This document shows, in pieces, positions 57,846-64,000 of a stretch of DNA of 64,000 nucleotides; position 1 is the stretch's first letter; each line of letters begins with the position of its first letter. The notes under the pieces were generated by a model. It worked only from the letters and a program-made list of their open reading frames with translations, made no database searches and was not told where the DNA came from. Location: NCBI GenBank assembly GCA_946407735.1, contig CAMJPL010000009.1, forward strand, positions 14,847 to 78,846. The letters are read 5' to 3'. The translations under genes were made by a program, and so were the position numbers. Source of the stretch: an uncultured Clostridia bacterium (GTDB taxonomy: Bacteria; Bacillota; Clostridia; Oscillospirales; CAG-272).

Positions 57846-58558
57846 GCGAAGGTCTTCCGCTCGGGCTCGATCTGCTTGAGGAAAGGATCGGGTACAAATT
57901 CCGCGATATCTCGTTTCTTCAGACCGCCGTCACGCACTCGTCGTTCACGAACGAGCAGAAGGCGCACGGGATAGCCGCCGAATGCAACGAGCGGATGGAA
58001 TTTCTCGGCGACTCGGTGCTGTCGATCACGGCGAGCGAATATCTGTTCAGGCACTATCCGTCGACGGCGGAGGGCGAGCTGTCGCCGATACGCGCGTCGG
58101 TGGTGTGCGAGGAGACTCTGGCGAAGCTGGCGTCCGACATCGATCTCGGATCGTTCCTGCGCATGGGACACGGCGAGGAGCTGACCAGCGGCCGGACCCG
58201 CCCGTCGATACTCGCCGACGCCTTCGAGTCGCTTCTGGCGGCGATCTATCTCGACGGCGGCTTCGGCCCGGTAAAGGAGTTCCTTCTGCCGAGGCTGATC
58301 CCGCACATCAGGGCCCACGCCGAGAAGGGGAGGTTCCGCGACTACAAGACACAGCTGCAGCAGCTCATACAGCAGGGAGGCTCCGGCGACATCCTTGAAT
58401 ACGTCACGGTCGGCGAATCCGGCCCGATGCACATGCGGGTGTTCGACGTCGAAGCTCGTCTCAACAGCAACGTCATCGGACACGGCACCGCGCGCTCGAA
58501 GCGGGCGGCAGAGCAGCTCGCCGCCAAGGAAGCTCTGGAGCTTTTCGGAGAAAACTGA
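57842..58558 (+). CDS. rnc: ribonuclease III
   Basis: NERMEFLGDSVL signature and a C-terminal dsRBD. ATGA overlap with plsX. Confidence 0.95.
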   Translation: MSEGLPLGLDLLEERIGYKFRDISFLQTAVTHSSFTNEQKAHGIAAECNERMEFLGDSVLSITASEYLFRHYPSTAEGELSPIRASVVCEETLAKLASDIDLGSFLRMGHGEELTSGRTRPSILADAFESLLAAIYLDGGFGPVKEFLLPRLIPHIRAHAEKGRFRDYKTQLQQLIQQGGSGDILEYVTVGESGPMHMRVFDVEARLNSNVIGHGTARSKRAAEQLAAKEALELFGEN

Positions 58559-58571
58559 CGGAGGCATCGTC

Positions 58572-58775
58572 ATGAAAAAGGAAACCGCTGACATCCTGTG
58601 GGCGATCTCGCTGATCATCTGCGGCACCGTCGGCATCATCGCCGGACTTACCGGCATCATCGGAGTCGACATCCCGGATGTGCTCACGCGGGTACTCGGC
58701 GTGATATCGCTCATCGGTCTCGCGCTTCTGGGATATACGAGCGTTATAAAGCTGAAAAACAGGAAAAAGAAATGA
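58572..58775 (+). CDS. small two-TM membrane protein
   Basis: ATG 7 nt after GGAGG. 67 aa: MKKETADILWAISLIICGTVGIIAGL...LIGLALLGYTSVIKLKNRKKK. Confidence 0.5.
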   Translation: MKKETADILWAISLIICGTVGIIAGLTGIIGVDIPDVLTRVLGVISLIGLALLGYTSVIKLKNRKKK

Positions 58776-58781
58776 TGAAAA

Positions 58782-58812
58782 AACCGCGCCGGTCAAAGGC
58801 GCGGTTTTGTAT
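58782..58812. terminator. bidirectional intrinsic terminator
   Basis: AACCGCGCC-ggtcaaa-GGCGCGGTT, flanked by an A-run upstream and TTGTATTG downstream. Confidence 0.75.
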
Positions 58813-58820
58813 TGTCGGAT

Positions 58821-59456
58821 TCAGTATCCGCCGTGATCGTAATAGTAGTCCTCGGCGTCGCAGTAATCGGAGAAGTCATCGTAATAATAGTCGTAGAAAT
58901 CCTCGGGATCGGTGAAATCGGAGGGATCCGGATCGTATGACGGGTACGGCGTCTTTGATCCGTTCCTGTTCCGCTCTATCTGCCGCTGGATCTCACGGCT
59001 GTATTCTCTTTTTTCCTCGAGCCAGCGCTCAAAGGCTTCGGATTCCTCAGCGGCTTTCTCGGCTTCCCGCGCCTTTTCGGCGGCTCGTCTTTCCTCGTAG
59101 CCGCTTTTCCATTCGCGGTGCCATTCGTTATACGTCCTCCTCCGCCAGTTTTCAGCCTCCGTTTTATACTTCCCGCTGAGCTTGTCGGCCGCTGAATCGA
59201 ATTCGGCCCACGCCATGTCGGCGTATCCCATCGAGTACAGCTTCCGCCCGTAGCAGTAATATGACATACCCCTCGAGTCCCGGTATCCGGATCCGGTGAG
59301 GCGGCTGAAAGTCTCGGCGGCCTTGTCCCATTCCGAAAGCCTTATCAGCCTCAGCCCCTCCTGATACCTTATCTCGTTCGGTACGATATAAAGCGATATG
59401 AAGAGCGCCAGGGCGGAAAAAGCGGCGATAAGAGCGATGCGGGCTTTTTTTGTCAT
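58821..59456 (-). CDS. hypothetical membrane-anchored protein with an acidic Asp/Tyr-rich tail
   Basis: N-terminal TM (IALIAAFSALALFISLYIV), a charged coiled-coil-like middle, and a C-terminal DPDPSDFTDPEDFYDYYYDDFSDYCDAEDYYYDHGGY. Overlaps the upstream GH28-like gene by 4 nt. Confidence 0.6.
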   Translation of the reverse strand: MTKKARIALIAAFSALALFISLYIVPNEIRYQEGLRLIRLSEWDKAAETFSRLTGSGYRDSRGMSYYCYGRKLYSMGYADMAWAEFDSAADKLSGKYKTEAENWRRRTYNEWHREWKSGYEERRAAEKAREAEKAAEESEAFERWLEEKREYSREIQRQIERNRNGSKTPYPSYDPDPSDFTDPEDFYDYYYDDFSDYCDAEDYYYDHGGY

Positions 59457-60904
59457 TTTACAAGGATGTCTTCGGCGAAGTCCCCTATCCTTACATTGGC
59501 TTCATCTATCGACGTCACTGGTCTGCCGTTGAAGGTGAGGTTTTCGATCGTTATGCCGCGCGTCCAGTGGGCGTCATCCGCGCCGGAGAATTCGCTCGGC
59601 GGCATCGTCAGCCCGTCGTCGGCGAAGACCTGGATGTTCCTGAATGTGACGCGCTTGTTCTCGCCGTAAAGCATGTCCTTCGACCAGACGCCGCGGTAGA
59701 GGTGAGCCTTCATCAGCATCGGCAGATACGGCTTTGACGTGTCCGGCTCGTATTTCATGTCCTCGGTCGACTGATATATCGGTTCCGTCTGATATTTCGA
59801 GTACTCGCAGCGGATGTTGTCGAAAATCAGCTCGTGCACCGAGGCACGGTCGCCGTTCTGGATGTCGAGCATGATATGCGCGCCGTGGATGCAGTCGCAG
59901 TCCTCGAAGATGATATTGCGGTACTCGTCTGCGCAGGTCTCGGCGCCGATCTCGAGATTGCGTCCCCAGTCGCACCACGTCACGCAGTTTTTGACGTGGA
60001 TGTTCTCGACGTTCCTGTGATCCCAGCCCTTCAGGCCTTTCAGGACTATGACGTCGTCGTAGTTGCGCAGATAGGAGTTCAGGACGCGGCAGTTGGCGGA
60101 GTTGACGAAATCGAAGCCGTCGCTGTTGTACCGCCACATGCCTATCGCCTTGCAGCGGTCGAAGGTCACGTTGTCGCAGTTGTACATCGTCGCCGTCCAG
60201 ACTCCCGAGTCGCGGAAGACGGGACCGTGTATCTCGGCGTTGACGCAGCGGAACAGCTTCATGTTGCCGAGCGGGTATTTCATCTGCTTCACATACGCGT
60301 GGTTCTCTTCGCGCACCGAGCGGCTGTTGTCGAGTATGCCGTAGCCGACGACGCGGATGTTCGAGGCGTCCTCCGCGACGATGCCGCCGTAGACGACGGC
60401 TCCGGCGTCGATATATACCGTTTCGTTCGAGCGCATGCGGATCTCTCCGATATCGTGCACGCCGGGACCGTAATAGGTTATCCCCGGGCCTTCCTTCAGC
60501 CCGAAATCGAACGGAGGATCGACGAAAACGGTCAGCGCGCTGTGCATGCCGTCGATCTCGACCGAATACTGCCCTGGGCCGGGGAGGTCGAATTTAGCCG
60601 TATCGCCGTCGATGACCGGCTTTATCCCGAATCTGAGCGGGCGCACGGTCACGTCTGAATCCGGTCTTACGCCGCCTGCCTGAGCGGCCTTTTTCACCTC
60701 GACGGTTATCTTTCCGTCCGAGATCACCGAGACGAACGCGGCCTCCTCCGTCTGATCGATCGGCCGCTGATGCCCCGGCCAGACGACGTCGAACGGCATC
60801 GCCGAGACGCGGCAGACGCTGCAGCCGGCAGGTGTGCCGTTGATCTTTACCGAATAGAGCTCGGACGCCGGCTCACCGGCCGGAAGCGGGATTATCTGGA
60901 ACAT
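59453..60904 (-). CDS. right-handed beta-helix glycosidase, GH28-like
   Basis: GGAGG RBS. NSDGFDFVNSANCRV and YDDVIVLKG resemble the GH28 NTDG/DD catalytic region. No signal peptide. Confidence 0.6.
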   Translation of the reverse strand: MFQIIPLPAGEPASELYSVKINGTPAGCSVCRVSAMPFDVVWPGHQRPIDQTEEAAFVSVISDGKITVEVKKAAQAGGVRPDSDVTVRPLRFGIKPVIDGDTAKFDLPGPGQYSVEIDGMHSALTVFVDPPFDFGLKEGPGITYYGPGVHDIGEIRMRSNETVYIDAGAVVYGGIVAEDASNIRVVGYGILDNSRSVREENHAYVKQMKYPLGNMKLFRCVNAEIHGPVFRDSGVWTATMYNCDNVTFDRCKAIGMWRYNSDGFDFVNSANCRVLNSYLRNYDDVIVLKGLKGWDHRNVENIHVKNCVTWCDWGRNLEIGAETCADEYRNIIFEDCDCIHGAHIMLDIQNGDRASVHELIFDNIRCEYSKYQTEPIYQSTEDMKYEPDTSKPYLPMLMKAHLYRGVWSKDMLYGENKRVTFRNIQVFADDGLTMPPSEFSGADDAHWTRGITIENLTFNGRPVTSIDEANVRIGDFAEDILVK

Positions 60905-60953
60905 GATATGCCTCCGTTATGTTATCCTGAAAAATACGGCCCGACTGGAAAAA

Positions 60954-61808
60954 TTATCCTTCTCTCCTGATCACGCATACTCCCATGCGGACGAACATCT
61001 CCTTCACGCCGGGGATCTTCGCGAGCGGAGTGAGGAACTTTCTCAGCGGTATCTCGGCGTAGTATTCCGGCGTGAGACCGGCTTCTTTCAGCACCTTCCT
61101 GAACTTGACGAGGGTCATCTTGTTTATGTAGCTCATGTACTCCCTTCCGTTCTCGTCGTAGGAGAAGCGGAGGGATATGCGCTCCTTCTCGTCCGGGAGC
61201 CCTCGGACCAGATCGTGATAGGCGGCGATAAGGGATTTTTCCGACCACAGCACCTGACACCACGGCGTGTTGATGGCGTCGGTCAGATGTGCGCCGTAGG
61301 GATGGAGATACGGCGGGAAGTTGACGAATATCCTCCCTCCGGACCTGAGCAGACGGTAGGCCTCCTTCAGCGCGTCGGCAGGCTGAGAGACGTGCTCCAT
61401 GAAATCGTTCATGATGATCGTGTCGAAGGATTGGTCGGGGAAGGGGAGATCGAACGCCGACGCGCAGACGAAACTGAATTTCTTCTCGTAGCCGAGCTTT
61501 TTCGCCAGCTCCTCAGCTTCGCGCTCATAGCGCTGCACGATGTCGACGCCGACCACCCTCGAAGCGCCCTGACTCACGTAATAGAGCGATTTTCCGGCCG
61601 CGCCGCATCCCATGTCGAGCACGGTCTTGTCCTCGAACATGTCGTAGGTCTTGTATTTCGGCGCGTAGCACGCCACCGTGTCCATGCCCTTCTCGTACTG
61701 CCATTCGGCGTAGGACATCTCACCGCTGTCGGCGAGATTGAAGGGATGCCGCACCGGCTTGAAGATCCGGTTGCCGAATTTGATCAGTGAAACGCCTATT
61801 CTCGACAT
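60954..61808 (-). CDS. class I SAM-dependent methyltransferase
   Basis: ORF trimmed to Met21 (ATG at 61808) after GGAGGAACAG. VLDMGCGAAGKS motif I and IIMNDFMEHV. Confidence 0.8.
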   Translation of the reverse strand: MSRIGVSLIKFGNRIFKPVRHPFNLADSGEMSYAEWQYEKGMDTVACYAPKYKTYDMFEDKTVLDMGCGAAGKSLYYVSQGASRVVGVDIVQRYEREAEELAKKLGYEKKFSFVCASAFDLPFPDQSFDTIIMNDFMEHVSQPADALKEAYRLLRSGGRIFVNFPPYLHPYGAHLTDAINTPWCQVLWSEKSLIAAYHDLVRGLPDEKERISLRFSYDENGREYMSYINKMTLVKFRKVLKEAGLTPEYYAEIPLRKFLTPLAKIPGVKEMFVRMGVCVIRREG

Positions 61809-61906
61809 CTGTTCCTCCGCTATCAGGTTCAACAGAAAGAAAACAAATATTGTAAACATCGTAAGCATTTAGAACTCGATCAGACTGCCATGGTGCCGCG
61901 CCCGTG

Positions 61907-63577
61907 TTATCCGGAATAGACCACGAGGTCTATCGGTGAGCCTGCCGGCACCGTGCTCGAGTGGTTGAGCGACTGGCTCGCTATCGTCCCGGCGGCGCCT
62001 CCCGCGCGGTATGTCACGTCCCCGAGTTTGAGTCCGGCCGACGTCAGCATGCTGTATGCTTCGGACGTCGTTTTGCCGACCATATTGGGCACCGTGGTCT
62101 GCTGCACTTCCTCGCCCTTGCTGATCGTGAGCACGACGACGTCGCCGGCGTTCATGATGGTCCCGGCCTGAGGCTCGGTCGAAATCACATACCCCGCCGG
62201 TATCGTCGGGCTCGAGATCCTCTGCGGGTTGTTTTTGGCGTTGAGCCCGAGGTCCTTCAGATAATTGACGGCTTCGCGCGCATCGTAGATCGTGAGGTCG
62301 GGCAGGCGTATCGTCTCGGCTCCGCGGGAGACGGTCAGCTTGAGATCGCACCGCTGCTCGCCGGCCTTTACCTTGCGCCGCTCCCCGGCGGCGGGGGTCT
62401 GGTCGATTATCTGGTTTTCCGGCGTGTCGGGATCGTACTCGTATTCCACCGTTATGTTGTAATAGTTGGAATACTCGGTCGTCATGTCGAAGGTGTACAT
62501 CGTCCCGATGAAATTCGGGATCTGGATCGACTTCGGCTGATTCTCGTTCATGCTCGCGGTGAGAGCGTTCCAGATGAATATCGCGCAGGTGAGCGCGACT
62601 ATGAGGAAGGCGGAGGCGACGCCGAGTATGACCGGGAGCATGGTGTGGCTCTCGCGCTTGCCGGCGATTGTGCCCTGCACACGGCCTGAGAAGCGCGAGA
62701 CTCCGCTGTCGCGGTATTCCTTGAAGATGATTTTCGGGTTGTCCTGAAGGGTGCGGACGTATTTTAGCATCTGCTCGGCCGTCTGGAAGCGGCGGTCGGG
62801 AGCCTTCTCCATCGCGCCAAGGATTATCTGCTCGAGTCCGACTGGGATCCTCGGGTTTATGTCCCTGGGCGGCACCGGATCGTCGTTCACCTGCATCAGA
62901 GCGACCGATACCGGCGTGTCGCCGGTGAAGGGCAGCTGTCCTGTCGCCATCTCGTACATCATGACGCCGAGAGAATACAGGTCGCTTCGCGCGTCGATCT
63001 TCTGACCGGAGGCCTGCTCGGGGCTGATGTAATAGACCGTGCCGATGGCCTTGTCGCCGACGGTGATGGTGTCGGCGTTCGGCATCTTGGCTATGCCGAA
63101 GTCGGTGACCTTTATCCGCCCGGACCTGAGCAGCATGATGTTCTGCGGCTTTATGTCGCGGTGGATTATCCCCTTCGAATGGGCCTGCTCGAGAGCCTTG
63201 AGTATCTGCTCGGCGTATGAGAGTATCTCCTTCGCCGGAAGCGCTCCGGTGCGGTTCATGTAGCCCTTGAGGGTGACGCCCTCGACAAGCTCCATGACTA
63301 TGTATTTCGGCCCGGCGCTGCCTGTGACCGAGACGTCGTATATCTTGACTATGTTCGGATGGTTCAGCGCGGCGATGGCCTTCGACTCGTTCACGAAGCG
63401 GTAGACCGAGGCGCTGTCATTGGCGTACTCGTCCTTCAGCATCTTGACGGCAACATGCCGCCCCGAGCCGGTGTCCATGCCCTCGTAAACGACCGCCATG
63501 CCGCCGACGCCGATTATCCTCAGCAGATAATACCTGCGGTCCAGCGTCTGGCCGATGTATCGTTCGTATGTATCCAT
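61907..63577 (-). CDS. prkC: PASTA-domain Ser/Thr protein kinase
   Basis: Hanks kinase motifs (GVGGMAVVY, HRDIKPQN, DFGIA, SPEQ), one TM, and three PASTA-like repeats in the C-terminal half. Confidence 0.9.
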   Translation of the reverse strand: MDTYERYIGQTLDRRYYLLRIIGVGGMAVVYEGMDTGSGRHVAVKMLKDEYANDSASVYRFVNESKAIAALNHPNIVKIYDVSVTGSAGPKYIVMELVEGVTLKGYMNRTGALPAKEILSYAEQILKALEQAHSKGIIHRDIKPQNIMLLRSGRIKVTDFGIAKMPNADTITVGDKAIGTVYYISPEQASGQKIDARSDLYSLGVMMYEMATGQLPFTGDTPVSVALMQVNDDPVPPRDINPRIPVGLEQIILGAMEKAPDRRFQTAEQMLKYVRTLQDNPKIIFKEYRDSGVSRFSGRVQGTIAGKRESHTMLPVILGVASAFLIVALTCAIFIWNALTASMNENQPKSIQIPNFIGTMYTFDMTTEYSNYYNITVEYEYDPDTPENQIIDQTPAAGERRKVKAGEQRCDLKLTVSRGAETIRLPDLTIYDAREAVNYLKDLGLNAKNNPQRISSPTIPAGYVISTEPQAGTIMNAGDVVVLTISKGEEVQQTTVPNMVGKTTSEAYSMLTSAGLKLGDVTYRAGGAAGTIASQSLNHSSTVPAGSPIDLVVYSG

Positions 63578-63635
63578 GATCTATATGTTCTGAATCTGTC
63601 AATAACGCTCGGCGCTGTTCAGTGACGCCGGCACG

Positions 63636-64000
63636 TCATTCGTTCTGCTCGCATTCGATGAGTATCGCGGTGATGTTGTCGCCGCCGCCGCCGTCGTTTG
63701 CGGAGCTGAGCAGGGTGGCCACCCTCGACCTCAGATCGGTCGGATCGGCGGGCGCGAAGCCGGAGCGCGCCGGAGCGCCAGTTTCCTCAGCCTCGTCCTC
63801 ACGCTTTTCCGCCTCGCCGAGGGTCATCTGACCGACGACCGCTCCGCGCATGATGTCTCGGCTGACGTAATTCGTCAGTCCGTCGGAGCAGAGCAGGACG
63901 TATATCGGCTTCTCGGCGTCGTCGCCGTCATCGTACTGCGACGAGCGCATGCTCTTGACGCCCGATCTCGCCCGCCGCTCGTTAGCGGCGCGGGCGGACG
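63636..64000 (-). CDS. stp: PP2C-family Ser/Thr phosphatase (Stp), 3' part only; the gene continues beyond the window
   Basis: The C-terminal LLCSDGLTNYV and GGGDNITAILIE are PP2C motifs. The frame is open to the window edge. Confidence 0.8.
   Translation of the reverse strand, partial: SARAANERRARSGVKSMRSSQYDDGDDAEKPIYVLLCSDGLTNYVSRDIMRGAVVGQMTLGEAEKREDEAEETGAPARSGFAPADPTDLRSRVATLLSSANDGGGGDNITAILIECEQNE

Noticed and set aside
1-64000. Search for tRNA/rRNA genes, CRISPR arrays, integrases/transposases, toxin-antitoxin pairs, restriction-modification or other defence modules, and biosynthetic clusters.
   Set aside because: None was seen. There are no cloverleaf-like GGTTCGAATCC-type segments outside coding regions, no regularly spaced direct repeats, and no ORFs with recombinase, nuclease/helicase defence or PKS/NRPS motifs. 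Absence by eye is not proof, so tRNAscan, CRISPR-finder and DefenseFinder-type tools should confirm.

Overview
GC-rich (about 60% by eye) Gram-positive, Clostridia-like chromosomal segment. I see no rRNA, tRNA, CRISPR, prophage, transposase or recognisable defence genes. There are about 50 protein genes in three groups. (i) From 1.5 to 19 kb lies a block of signal-peptide-less glycoside hydrolases: GH38, GH2, GH95-like and GH29, plus three unclassifiable GH-like proteins, a nucleoside-hydrolase-like protein and a LUD-domain protein. Two gene wrecks interrupt it: the C-terminal stump of a sugar-binding lipoprotein and a multiply disrupted GNAT. (ii) Housekeeping genes: tcdA, ridA, an msmX-type ATPase, comF, fhs, tsaE, dapBA, queA, thiN, cca, topA, trmFO, plsX, rnc and prkC/stp. 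(iii) Four intact paralogous ABC solute-binding lipoproteins of about 500 aa. Three of them sit in one minus-strand operon with a Gfo/Idh/MocA oxidoreductase and a GH39-like enzyme, yet the window encodes no ABC permease and no transcription factor. The strongest non-coding signal is a three-copy, roughly 80-nt G-rich palindromic intergenic element with compensatory stem changes. One copy lies inside the P2 arm of a lysine riboswitch in the dapA leader. Several perfect TTGACA-N17-TATAAT promoters are also present. The novelty candidates are the repeat/riboswitch chimera, the permease-less SBP array and the unclassified GH-like genes. All family names come from motif recognition by eye and need HMM confirmation.
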